Source: an uncultured Verrucomicrobiae bacterium
GTDB taxonomy: Bacteria > Verrucomicrobiota > Verrucomicrobiia > Limisphaerales > Palsa-1400
NCBI GenBank assembly: GCA_963764165.1
Contig: CAVXRD010000002.1
Coordinates: 1,024,001 to 1,088,000, forward strand
Length of the DNA stretch: 64,000 nt
Reading direction: 5' to 3'
Shown here: positions 18,171 through 27,774 of the stretch, piece by piece
How positions within the stretch are numbered: position 1 is the stretch's first letter
How the letters are laid out: each line of letters begins with the position of its first letter
Made by a program: the position numbers and the translations under genes
Notes under the pieces: generated by a model
What the model was told of the DNA's origin: nothing
Database searches by the model: none
Seen by the model: the letters and a program-made list of their open reading frames with translations, nothing else

Positions 18171-19064
18171 ATGAGATTCATATTGTCAGCTATCTGGAGA
18201 ATCTGTCTGGCGACGAATTGCCTGGTCGCCGTTCTCGGCGGCGCCCAATGCCACGCAGGGCTTGTTTTTCAGCCCGCCCCGCCCGATCAACAGAAAGCGG
18301 TTGAGAGTTGGTGCAAGAAACACCTGCCGGGTCAGTCGTGGCCTGCTTCCGCCACAAATTGGCTTGCTGAAGATATTAAGACTGGCATAGCCGTCCAATC
18401 TTATTACGTGGAACCTAAAGACGTCGCCGCCGGTCGGCTTTTTTCCGCAGTGAAGCGAGGAGCGTGGACTTTTCTTATCACGGACAAAGACATCGTTATC
18501 GGTTGCGCGTGGTGCGCTGCCGACTCGGCGTTATGCACCGGTTTCGGAACAAACGTTGATCCGGCGGCGCTTAGCGTCGTCGAACAGTTACCCCAAACAA
18601 AAGCGCAGGATTATGAAGTGCGGGATTTTGGGGCCGGCCTTTTCCGCGGACTCTGGTTGCATGGAAAAACAAACGAAATTCTCATCCCAGCCGACTCTGG
18701 CTACGGTAGCTGGGTTCCGTATCGCCCCATCTCGGAGGCTCAACTGCTTAAAATCTCACAGCCCTATGAACGAAAGGCGATTCCCATGGCGAAAAAGGCG
18801 CATGATCAGTTCATTCAATTCAGGGAAGGAATTCTAAAGTATGAACGGGCCATGATGCGCTTTGAGAAGGCGCACCGCGGAAGCTCAGATCGAATTTCGC
18901 TCTTTCACATATCAGATGTGCAGTCGATCAGCTCAACCGTCGAGGTCGTCAAATTGGAGGGAAAAAGGGTTGATGAAAGCTCCGTTGGTTACAGTGCGCG
19001 AGTCGTCTTCAAAGACAAACGTCACTCTATCGTGAAACATGTGCAAATTCTGACGAAATTATGA
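18171..19064 (+). CDS. Hypothetical secreted protein
   Basis: Long ORF with signal-peptide-like N-terminus; no recognised family. Confidence 0.65.
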   Translation: MRFILSAIWRICLATNCLVAVLGGAQCHAGLVFQPAPPDQQKAVESWCKKHLPGQSWPASATNWLAEDIKTGIAVQSYYVEPKDVAAGRLFSAVKRGAWTFLITDKDIVIGCAWCAADSALCTGFGTNVDPAALSVVEQLPQTKAQDYEVRDFGAGLFRGLWLHGKTNEILIPADSGYGSWVPYRPISEAQLLKISQPYERKAIPMAKKAHDQFIQFREGILKYERAMMRFEKAHRGSSDRISLFHISDVQSISSTVEVVKLEGKRVDESSVGYSARVVFKDKRHSIVKHVQILTKL

Positions 19065-19392
19065 ATGGCTCGCCTCGCAGTTGCGCCGGTTTTGGTTTGT
19101 CACTGGCATTATGGGCAACGCTCGATTTGCACCGCAAGTATACCATCCAAACCGCAGGTCGACTCCCGGCGGTGTTGATAGTCGCTGTTTTAGCCAAAAA
19201 AGGCGTCACCAACATAATTGCATATTTCACAAGGGCCACCCGCTCCAGCCGTGCTTTCTCAATTTTCGTCGCAAGCGTCAGTCCTCACTTTTCGCACTTT
19301 TGTTTCTCGCACGGTTCGACACATGCCTCCAACTGACCATTTCCGCGAAAGTGCGTTGAATCCAGAAAGCTTTATATGACAGCGCACCCAAT

Positions 19393-19809
19393 TCAATGCA
19401 GCAGTTCCACCAGACCCGTTTCATTCGCAAAGCTTTTTGCCAACGGTTCATCGAGAGTTGCCAGGCTGAATCGATATTGCCGGGCGAGCGCTACAAGATA
19501 GCGGTCGGTGATTTGATTTGCGCCCGCCATCAGTTCCGTTCGCACGGCGCGGTCGGTGCAGCTCAAGTCGTCGGAAATGAATTCATGGCGCGGGTCACTG
19601 ATGAATTGGCGGAGAACGCCAAACGCCAGTTCGGGCGTCAAGCCGTAACCGAGCAGGGGATGCGAGGAGACGCGCGCAAAACCAAGCTGGACAACCGGGC
19701 AGGTCGCAAAGGCGGAAATGCCCCTGAACCACGAACGGGCCCGGGAGTGATGCTCGTGATTTTCCCAAAGCAACGCCATGAGCAAATTGACATCAAGCAA
19801 TCGGGTCAC
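19393..19809 (-). CDS. VapC/PIN toxin
   Basis: LLDVNLLMAL..HEHHSRARSWF, QITDRYLVALA..LATLD. Confidence 0.9.
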   Translation of the reverse strand: MTRLLDVNLLMALLWENHEHHSRARSWFRGISAFATCPVVQLGFARVSSHPLLGYGLTPELAFGVLRQFISDPRHEFISDDLSCTDRAVRTELMAGANQITDRYLVALARQYRFSLATLDEPLAKSFANETGLVELLH

Positions 19810-20015
19810 GGGGTCCGGCTTTCAATCTCGTGAACAAGTTGCGAAGTGATGGTTCGGCCGTCGGCGCGGATGACGGGCAAACCGTCCCCTTCGGTGCCAA
19901 CGGAAAAATGGTGGCGCGTCATTGAACTGCCGTTTTCTGCGATAAACTGCGCGACTCGCGCCTGTTCATTCGCGGACAATTCTTTGATTCGCTCAATGAT
20001 TTCAACGGCACTCAT
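19806..20015 (-). CDS. Cognate antitoxin
   Basis: 69-aa ORF with 4-nt overlap upstream of PIN gene; GLPVI..ITSQLV tail. Confidence 0.75.
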   Translation of the reverse strand: MSAVEIIERIKELSANEQARVAQFIAENGSSMTRHHFSVGTEGDGLPVIRADGRTITSQLVHEIESRTP

Positions 20016-20173
20016 GGGTTAATTGTCCGGAAAAATTCATTTTTGGCAAGCGCATTGCCCTTCGCACGCAAGTGTCGGCCATTACTTTTCGCACTTCTTC
20101 CTTTCCTGCTTTTATCCGTCGTCCGCAGGCCCAGGAACCGTGGCGCAAACGCCCGCCGGTGGAAGGCGATTCG

Positions 20174-20526
20174 CTACTGCGAAATCTGCTGGACCTCAAC
20201 TGTCTACGGCACCATCTGCAAGACAATGACATCTCGGGGACATTCGGCGTGGAGGCGAAGGGTTGTCGGCTGCAGGTTTGTGAAGGTTGGCAAATCGAGC
20301 ACGACGCGGATTTCTTTTTGACTCGGCTGGAACAACGCCGGGTCCCTGCAGACAGCGGTAACCACAACTTCCTCGGGAATGAAACTAAACGAATGGGTCT
20401 TGCCTTCAGCGAATTTTGTCGTGATGGGCGCGCGGATGTCGCGGGCGTGAGCGAGTTGGACTCGTAGAGTATGTCGGCTTTGCCTTGTCCCGCCAATAAT
20501 GTCGCCATGACTATGACAGCGGCCAT
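20174..20526 (-). pseudogene. YbbR/CdaR-like domain remnant (frameshift plus internal stop)
   Basis: Signal-like N-terminus in one frame; FIPEEVVVT..IRVVLDL..CPRDVIVLQMVP*TVEV in another. Confidence 0.45.
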
Positions 20527-20574
20527 ATCCGAAGCCCACCCGCCCCAACCTTGGGATCTCGATTTCCGGTCGCT

Positions 20575-22332
20575 CTACCGGCTCCGTTTCCGTTTCAACT
20601 CCTGCCGCAATTTATCCAGCGGCAGCGTGTTGATGACATCTGCAGCCTCAAGCCATCCCTTGCGCGCCACTCCCGCCCCAAGCCGCAAATAGCTGGCGTG
20701 CTCGTTGCGGTGGGCGTCGCAGTTGATGACGCACTTCACGCCTTTTTCCTTCGCGCGATGCCATAGCCGCCAATCCATATCGAGCCGCATCGGGCTGGCG
20801 TTAAGCTCAATCCAGGTGCCCGTCGCGGCGCATGCGTCGATCACGGCGATCTGGTTGATCTTGTAAGCCTCACGCTCCAGCAGCAACCGGCCCGTCATGT
20901 GGCCGAGCATGTGGACGTATTTGTTTTCCACCGCGGCGATGACGCGCTTGGTCATTTCCGCCTCGCTCTGCGTGAAACCCTGATGGACACTCGCCACCAC
21001 CACGTCCAATTCCGCCAGCAAATCGTCGTCAAAATCCAGTTTGCCGCCTGCCAGAATATCCACCTCGGAGCCTGTCAATAATCGGAAATCGGTTCCGTCG
21101 GTTTCGAGTTTCTTATTGACTGCGCGGACAGCCTCAAGTTGCTCGCGCAGGCGCTCGGGCGTCAAGCCGTTCGCTTGAAAGGAGGCCTTTGAATGATCCG
21201 TGATGGCCCAATAGGCGCAGCCCAATTCCATCATGTAATCGGCGATTTGCTCCAGCGTGCATCGCCCGTCGCTCCAGTTGGAATGGTTGTGCAGGGAGCC
21301 TTTCAATTCTGTCCAATCCAGCAGGCGCGGGATTTCGCTTTTCTCGGCGGCGGCGAATTCGCCCGCGTCTTCGCGCAATTCCGGCGGGACATAGGCCAGG
21401 CCCAAGGTCTGGAAAACCTCTTCCTCTGTCGCGCAGGCCACCAGCAAATTTGGGTCGCGCGTTTCCACATCCGACTTGAACAATCCGTATTCGTTCAAAC
21501 GCAAGCCGCGCTGGATCGCGCGCTGGCGCATGATGATGTTGTGCTCCTTGCTGCCGGTGAAATAAAGCAGGGCGAAGGGAAATTCGCTGTCGCTGACGAC
21601 GCGCAAATCCGCCTGGATGCCGCCGGTGAGGATGACGCTCGCCTTCGTCTCGCCCTTGGCAGAAACAGTGAGCACGCCCGTTTGTTTGACGAAAAAATCA
21701 ATCACTTCCGCCGGATTTTTCGACGAGGCCAGAAAATCGATGTCGCCGATAATCTCCTTCGACCGGCGCAAGCTGCCTGCATTGCTGCAGCGGATGACAT
21801 CCGGATGCGCCCGCAGGCTGTCAAGTATGGGGGCGGCGGCGGCGAAGGCGGCCCCGAGCAAATGGCGCGAGGCGTATAGCCGCATAAATTGAATGCCCTC
21901 CAAAATCTTCGCCTGCGTCTTCTCGCCGAAGCCGTCGAGCACCGCTACTTTGCCGGTGTTGCAGGCGGCCTCCAGCGCCTCGATCGTTTCGATGCCGAGT
22001 TTTTCATTGAGCGCCTTGACCTTCTTGGGGCCGACGCCGGGAATGTGCAGCATTTCCAGCAAGCCGGGCGGCACGGAAGCCTTGAGTTCGTCGTAATAGG
22101 CGAGCTTGCCGGTGGTGGCGAGTTCGGTGATTTTCTTTTGCAGCGCCTCGCCGATGCCCTTGATTTCGCCGAGGCGGTCTTCCTCAATCAATTTTTCGAG
22201 CGGTTCGCCGAGGCTTTCGAGGGTGCGGGCGGCATTGGCGTAGGCGCGCGTTTTGAACACGACCTCTCCCTTGAGTTCCAGCAGGATCCCAATCTCCGAG
22301 AGAATCTCCGCAATCTCGTCCTTTGTCATCAT
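20575..22332 (-). CDS. polX: DNA polymerase X / 3'-5' exonuclease (PHP)
   Basis: AGSLRRSKEIIGDIDFL, YFTGSKEHN, YVPPELRED, LHNHSNWSDG, ITDHS, CDAH. Confidence 0.96.
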   Translation of the reverse strand: MMTKDEIAEILSEIGILLELKGEVVFKTRAYANAARTLESLGEPLEKLIEEDRLGEIKGIGEALQKKITELATTGKLAYYDELKASVPPGLLEMLHIPGVGPKKVKALNEKLGIETIEALEAACNTGKVAVLDGFGEKTQAKILEGIQFMRLYASRHLLGAAFAAAAPILDSLRAHPDVIRCSNAGSLRRSKEIIGDIDFLASSKNPAEVIDFFVKQTGVLTVSAKGETKASVILTGGIQADLRVVSDSEFPFALLYFTGSKEHNIIMRQRAIQRGLRLNEYGLFKSDVETRDPNLLVACATEEEVFQTLGLAYVPPELREDAGEFAAAEKSEIPRLLDWTELKGSLHNHSNWSDGRCTLEQIADYMMELGCAYWAITDHSKASFQANGLTPERLREQLEAVRAVNKKLETDGTDFRLLTGSEVDILAGGKLDFDDDLLAELDVVVASVHQGFTQSEAEMTKRVIAAVENKYVHMLGHMTGRLLLEREAYKINQIAVIDACAATGTWIELNASPMRLDMDWRLWHRAKEKGVKCVINCDAHRNEHASYLRLGAGVARKGWLEAADVINTLPLDKLRQELKRKRSR

Positions 22333-22405
22333 ATCAAGATAACCCAAGCCCAAGTGCCCAATTCAACACTTTCTTGCGCGGATGCGTGACCATATTGGGG
22401 AAAAA

Positions 22406-22543
22406 TTGAATCTGGAACGGCCGAACTCAGGAAATGAGACTGAAGATGGATTCACACGCGCCGTTTATTTGGGACGGAGCGCCACCGGGCTTTTTTTCAA
22501 CAATGATCTTTTCACTCCGCGTCCTCGGTCTTCCTCCTGTTCA
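22406..22543. repeat. Gene-less pair of GxxExxY-type repeat arms
   Basis: TTGAATCTGGAACGGCCGAACTCAGGAAATGAG (22406) and inverted TGAACAGGAGGAAGACCGAGGACGCGGAG (22515-22543). Confidence 0.7.
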
Positions 22544-22560
22544 TTTTTTTCCCGGCCCAG

Positions 22561-22703
22561 GGCAGACGCATCTTAATTCCAAGGCACCGCCTCGCCGAGG
22601 CGTCCGGAGTCAGGCATTCGTCACGCGCCAGCCGTGGCATTATTCCCGCGCAACCGGACGCCTCGGCGAGGCGTCCCTGCCTCAGAATTTAGATGCGTCT
22701 GCC
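22561..22703. repeat. REPIN-like doublet, family A, with extended outer arms
   Basis: GGCAGACGCATCT/AGATGCGTCTGCC enclosing CGCCTCGCCGAGGCGTCCGG / CCGGACGCCTCGGCGAGGCGTCCCTGCC. Confidence 0.85.
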
Positions 22704-22750
22704 TGTTTCCCGGCCAGCCGCCCATTGACATTTTTGATTTTCGTGAGACG

Positions 22751-24775
22751 ATGGACGCCTTAGTGAGGCGGTTGTTCATCTTATTTTGTGCGGCGGTTTG
22801 CGCTTTGGCCGTGCTTTCCCAAGTGGCTCGGGCGCAGGATAGCGATGAGGTTATCACCAATTTTGCCGAGGCGGATGCCAATATCGGAGAGCGCCTTTTT
22901 CTGGAGACTCGGTTTTCGCAGTATTTCTACACCAACTCCGGCGGAAACGCGAATGCGGACATCCCCGGCGATCCCACCGTGGCAATGCTGCTGACCACCT
23001 CGAACCTTGTCACCGGGCCGTTTGCCGGACAGGCGATGAACTGCCGGCAATGCCATATCGTGGATGAGAAAGGCTATGGGCCGTATGGCGATATGACTCT
23101 GGGCAACCGAACATACGCTGACTTCGCCCAGCGCAGTCCCATTCCACCCCGCGACGATGGGCGCACCCAGACTCCTCGCAACGCGCAGCCGCTGGTGGAT
23201 GCGTTGATTCCGCGCCCGGGGCCAACGTTCCTTCACTATGACGGCCAATTTGCCACCGTGCATGACCTGATCATCGGCACGATGACGGGCCGAAATTACG
23301 GCTGGGAGCCGCAGGAATACCAGACGGCCATCCATCATATCGCCCAGATTATCCGAAACGACGATGGCATGGGTTATCTGGCCACCGAGGAACGGGGCGG
23401 GCGTTTCGACACGCTGCCCGATGGGATGGCGCTTTCCGGCGAGGTGTCCTATGCCAATATCTTTTCGGGATTCATGCACAACGGCAGCTACATGTATGAT
23501 CCGCGGACGCTGACGCCGATGCTCATTTCCCCGCAGTACGTCGTAAACATCGACAGCCCCCAGACTACGGACGTGCAAATCGTCGATACCGCGGCTTCGC
23601 TCATCGAGGCGTATTTGCTGAATCTCTTTTTCTCGCAGGGCACCAATGGATTGAATTTTGTCGGAGCCGGGACGCCGATCTTCAACGGCTCGCCGTTCGA
23701 CACCTTTCTGATCAAGAACGGGCTGCCGCAAGTCCCGGCGCAAAATGAAACGGCCATTCAATATTCGCAACGGCTGCTGACTCTGGTCGAAACGCAGACG
23801 AACCTGCAATTCGTCACCGATCCGGATGACGGTTCGTTCACCACCCTGGCGCAATCGTTCACGTTCGGAACCAACGAATTGGAGGGATTGAAGATTTTCC
23901 TGCGCAACACGAATGCCCTGGCCGCGAACCATTCCGTCAACGTTGGAAATTGCGCCACCTGCCACACGCCGCCGGCCTTCACGGATTTTATTTTTCACAA
24001 CACCGGCGCGACGCAGGAGGAATACGATGCGATCAACGGCGCGGGGGCGTTCGCGAATCTGCCGGTGCCGGATTTGGCCACGCGGAACTCGAATTATAAC
24101 GCCTATCTCCCGCCCACGCCGCAGCATCCGACCGCGCTCGGGATATTCGAGATGCCGCCCTCCACGAATCAGCCTGCCGCGGTGGATTTGGGCCTGTGGA
24201 ATGTGTACGCCAATCCCGACTTCCCCGCGCCGCAAACCAACTTCGCGGCGATCGCCTACAAGTTCCTAGGCTTGAGCGTGCCGCAATTGGTCAACGAGCA
24301 GGCGGGCGCCACGAATTTTACTTTCACTGGAACGAATGGAACGCCCGGCGCGGCCTTTAGCATTCTGTCCGCCACCACGCTGGGTTCGCCCTTCAACTGG
24401 AGCGTCGTCACCACCGGCGTCTTCGACACGAACGGCGCCTTCCAAGCCAGCTTTCCGATCCTCACTAACGCGCCGCAGCAGTTCTACAAGGTTGAATTGC
24501 AAGTGCCGGGCCGGGACGTCGTCCTGCCCCACACCATCGCCCTTTTCAAAACATCCAACCTGCGCGACCTCGCCATGTCGGATCCGTATTTGCACACCGG
24601 CCGGATGGGTTCGCTGGAGCAAGTGATCCAGTTCTACCAAACGTTTTCCGAAATGGCGCGCACCAACCAAGTCCGCAACGGCGACATCGAGCTGCAAAAC
24701 ATTTCGTTGAATACCAACGCCGTCGCCCCCCTGGCCGCCTTCCTGCGGGCGCTCAACGAAGACTACACGGATTGA
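22751..24775 (+). CDS. Secreted diheme cytochrome c peroxidase/MauG-superfamily protein
   Basis: Signal peptide; GERLFLETRFS, CRQCH, RNAQPL, LHYDGQ, CATCHTPPAFTD, FKTSNLRDL..PYLHTG. Confidence 0.85.
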   Translation: MDALVRRLFILFCAAVCALAVLSQVARAQDSDEVITNFAEADANIGERLFLETRFSQYFYTNSGGNANADIPGDPTVAMLLTTSNLVTGPFAGQAMNCRQCHIVDEKGYGPYGDMTLGNRTYADFAQRSPIPPRDDGRTQTPRNAQPLVDALIPRPGPTFLHYDGQFATVHDLIIGTMTGRNYGWEPQEYQTAIHHIAQIIRNDDGMGYLATEERGGRFDTLPDGMALSGEVSYANIFSGFMHNGSYMYDPRTLTPMLISPQYVVNIDSPQTTDVQIVDTAASLIEAYLLNLFFSQGTNGLNFVGAGTPIFNGSPFDTFLIKNGLPQVPAQNETAIQYSQRLLTLVETQTNLQFVTDPDDGSFTTLAQSFTFGTNELEGLKIFLRNTNALAANHSVNVGNCATCHTPPAFTDFIFHNTGATQEEYDAINGAGAFANLPVPDLATRNSNYNAYLPPTPQHPTALGIFEMPPSTNQPAAVDLGLWNVYANPDFPAPQTNFAAIAYKFLGLSVPQLVNEQAGATNFTFTGTNGTPGAAFSILSATTLGSPFNWSVVTTGVFDTNGAFQASFPILTNAPQQFYKVELQVPGRDVVLPHTIALFKTSNLRDLAMSDPYLHTGRMGSLEQVIQFYQTFSEMARTNQVRNGDIELQNISLNTNAVAPLAAFLRALNEDYTD

Positions 24776-25059
24776 CGCCCAAATCGTAGGCGGGCGTGGC
24801 AGGCCGAGGCTCCAGCCGTTTCGTTGTTTTCGCTCCTGGATTAGATGTGAGGAAATCCGCCGGCACAACGGGCTGTGACTCGGTGCCAAGCACCTGTCGA
24901 ATCACGCATTGCAAACTATAACGGCTTGACTTGCGGCCTCTTTGGCTGACCTCGAGACATGGCTGGGCCAAACCCCTCGGCCGATCATCCCGGATTGAAT
25001 CGACAACCTGTGGTATCAGGTCGGATCGAACCATTAGGATGTGATGGGCGTCCAACTTC

Positions 25060-26973
25060 TCAAGAAATAATCCCGCGCTTGCGAAGCATGGCGTCCATCG
25101 CTTTGTCCATTAGCAATTGCGCGAGTGGACCGCTAGCTTGATCGAGGGCGTCCACAGCGGATTTCAATCGGCTGACATCGCCCGTTTGTTTTTCCACGTT
25201 TTCGCCGGATAGGACTTCTTCAACCGCTTTCATTGCCTGTTCAACTTGTTCCTGATTCGCGGCGTCCAACTCGCCTTCGCAGGCGGCAAGGCCCTTGCGG
25301 GCGGCGGCCAGAGTTTCGGTTGCCCGCAATTTCGCTTCGATCCACTGGCGGGAGCGCATGTCGTCGAAGGCGTGTTCGACAGATTCTTCCACCATTTTTT
25401 CTACCGCCGCGTCGGACACGTCCACCGCCGACTTCATCTCCACAATTTTTTGCGCGCCGGTGCGGGTGTCGCGGGCCAGCACGTGGAGGATGCCGTTGGC
25501 GTCGATCTCGAATTGAACGCCAACGCGCGGCACGCCTTTTGGCAGAGGCGCGAAGTCGAGGGTGAATCGGCCCAGGGTCCAATTGTCCGCCGCGCGCTCG
25601 CGCTCGCCTTGGAGGACGTGGATCAGCATGTCGCGCTGGTAATCGACGGCGGTGGTGAACATCTCGCCGGCTTTGATGGGGATGGTCGAATTGCGTGGGA
25701 TGAGCACATTCATCAAACCGCCAAACGTCTCCAAGCCGAGCGACAACGGCGTTATGTCAAGCAACAGGAGATTGCGGAATCCGCCCGAGAGAATTTCCGC
25801 CTGGATGGCTGCGCCCAGCGCCACGGCCTCATCGGGATTCTGCGATGTGTTCAGCGCGGGCCCGGCGGATTTGTGGTAATCCTGGCCCAACCGGAGATCG
25901 CCCCGAGCTTCGTCGAATTCCGCGCAGCCAAAAATCTCGGACACCATCCGGCGAACGAGCGGCATCCGCGTCTGGCCGCCAACCAGAATCACTTGGTCCA
26001 AATCCTTGGCTTCCAATTTCGCGTCCGCCAGCGAGCGCAGGCAATGCGCGCGCGTCTTGGCAACGAGGTCCGTCGTGACGGACTCCAACTCCGTTCTCGT
26101 CAGCGTGTAGTCAAAATGAAAATCCGGGGTGAGGAATGGCAGTGAGATTTTTGCTTCCTCCTCGGAGGATAGGCGGATTTTCGCCTGTTCGGCCGCTTCC
26201 CGCACGCGGGCCAGGACTGGCGCATCATGCGAAAGGCCAGGCCCACCCCCGAGTCTGATTTTGTCAAATATAAGCTGAACCACCCGCTGATCCAAATCAT
26301 CGCCGCCGAGGCGCGTGTTGCCGTTGGTGGAAAGAACCTGGAACACGCCTTCGTTCAACTCCAATATGGAAAGATCAAATGTCCCGCCGCCTAAATCGTA
26401 AACGGCGATTTTCGATTTCTCGCGCAATTTTGCCAGGCCGTAAGCCAGCGCCGCCGCCGTCGGTTCATTGACGATGCGCTCGACCGTGAATCCCGCGAGT
26501 TCGCCAGCTTTCTTGGTGGCATTGCGCTGGGCGTCGTTGAAATAGGCCGGGACGGTGATGACCGCGCGGGTCACCGGCTCGCCCAGCGCAGCCTCGGCGT
26601 CGGCCTTAAGTTTCTTCAGCACTTCCGCCGAAATTTCCTCTGGGGTCAGCAAGCGTCCGCCGAGATCAACAGTTACCGGCCCTGCTCCGCTTCCGGCGAC
26701 CGCATAGTTGACCTGCCGTTCTTCGGGCGAAATCTCCGAACCTCGGCGGCCCATGAATCGTTTGATGGAATAAATGGTCTCCGCCGGCTTGAGAATTCGG
26801 ATGCGATTCGCCTGCTCGCCAACCACAGGAGCGCCGCCATCGGAAGGAAAATGCACGACCGAAGGCGTCAATCTCCGGCCTGTGCCATCGGCGATCACGT
26901 AAGGGACGCCGGAATCCACGGTTGCGACCAGCGAGTTGGTTGTGCCGAGGTCGATGCCGATGATTTTGCTCAT
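25060..26973 (-). CDS. Hsp70 family chaperone (HscA/DnaK-like)
   Basis: [55 protein letters not shown]. Confidence 0.93.
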   Translation of the reverse strand: MSKIIGIDLGTTNSLVATVDSGVPYVIADGTGRRLTPSVVHFPSDGGAPVVGEQANRIRILKPAETIYSIKRFMGRRGSEISPEERQVNYAVAGSGAGPVTVDLGGRLLTPEEISAEVLKKLKADAEAALGEPVTRAVITVPAYFNDAQRNATKKAGELAGFTVERIVNEPTAAALAYGLAKLREKSKIAVYDLGGGTFDLSILELNEGVFQVLSTNGNTRLGGDDLDQRVVQLIFDKIRLGGGPGLSHDAPVLARVREAAEQAKIRLSSEEEAKISLPFLTPDFHFDYTLTRTELESVTTDLVAKTRAHCLRSLADAKLEAKDLDQVILVGGQTRMPLVRRMVSEIFGCAEFDEARGDLRLGQDYHKSAGPALNTSQNPDEAVALGAAIQAEILSGGFRNLLLLDITPLSLGLETFGGLMNVLIPRNSTIPIKAGEMFTTAVDYQRDMLIHVLQGERERAADNWTLGRFTLDFAPLPKGVPRVGVQFEIDANGILHVLARDTRTGAQKIVEMKSAVDVSDAAVEKMVEESVEHAFDDMRSRQWIEAKLRATETLAAARKGLAACEGELDAANQEQVEQAMKAVEEVLSGENVEKQTGDVSRLKSAVDALDQASGPLAQLLMDKAMDAMLRKRGIIS

Positions 26974-27043
26974 GTGCGAGTAAAATAAAATTCTAACAGG
27001 AGGAAGGACGAGGAAACGGAGCCGGAAATCCTACTAATTCCGG

Positions 27044-27502
27044 TTAACGGGAAATATCGGCCTGCCGCAAAACCCGGAATCCGTGGCGGGTCAGGATTTT
27101 TTCGCCCACTTCATCGTCCTCCATGCTGACCCCAAGCAGCGATTTGCCCTGCGGATGCGGAATGAAGCAGTACATATAGTTGACGTTGACTTCGGCTTCG
27201 AGAAACGCTGCCATCAATTCGGGCAATTGCGTCGCATCGTCAATTTCCACCACGACGAGGTTGCTCTCGGTGAACGCGAAATGGTTGTCCTGCAAAATGT
27301 GGCGGGCCGCCTGCGGATCGTCCACCACGATGCGAATAATGGCCGTCTCTGAAGTATCCAAAACCGTGACGGCCAGGACATGAACCCCGCTCTTGCTCAG
27401 CAGCGCGATCAAATCATGCAGACGCCCCATCCGGTTTGCGGTGAAGATGGAAAATTGCGTTACCCATTCTGGCTGCCGTCCCCGAGCTGTTTTCGTCGTC
27501 AT
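27044..27502 (-). CDS. Tandem ACT domain protein
   Basis: QFSIFTANRMGRL..IIRIVVDDP..EAEVNVNYMY. Confidence 0.85.
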   Translation of the reverse strand: MTTKTARGRQPEWVTQFSIFTANRMGRLHDLIALLSKSGVHVLAVTVLDTSETAIIRIVVDDPQAARHILQDNHFAFTESNLVVVEIDDATQLPELMAAFLEAEVNVNYMYCFIPHPQGKSLLGVSMEDDEVGEKILTRHGFRVLRQADISR

Positions 27503-27580
27503 GCCCTCAATAAGCCACATGAACGCCCGAAGTTCAAAGTTCAAAAATGCAATTTGTGGCAGGCGTGCGGCGGTAAAAAT

Positions 27581-27610
27581 CACGGTAGGGCGAGGCTCCC
27601 GCCGAGCCGT
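27581..27610 (+). repeat. REP-like element, family B
   Basis: Identical to 16514-16543. Confidence 0.85.
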
Positions 27611-27774
27611 CCCACGGGTCCCCTTAGTCCCATTCCTCCCACCAAAATGAGAGGAATGGGAATTATGGGACGGATGCGCTCGATGACCGAAGTGAACGAC
27701 AATTTCAAAATTCTGTGCTAAAAAAATCTTTTTCTCTGGTCTTCGCGACGCCCCCGGCGTCATCTTAAAGACCT

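Noticed and set aside
24776..25059. Small gene between the peroxidase-like gene and the Hsp70 gene
   Set aside because: No frame with a convincing start or recognisable motif
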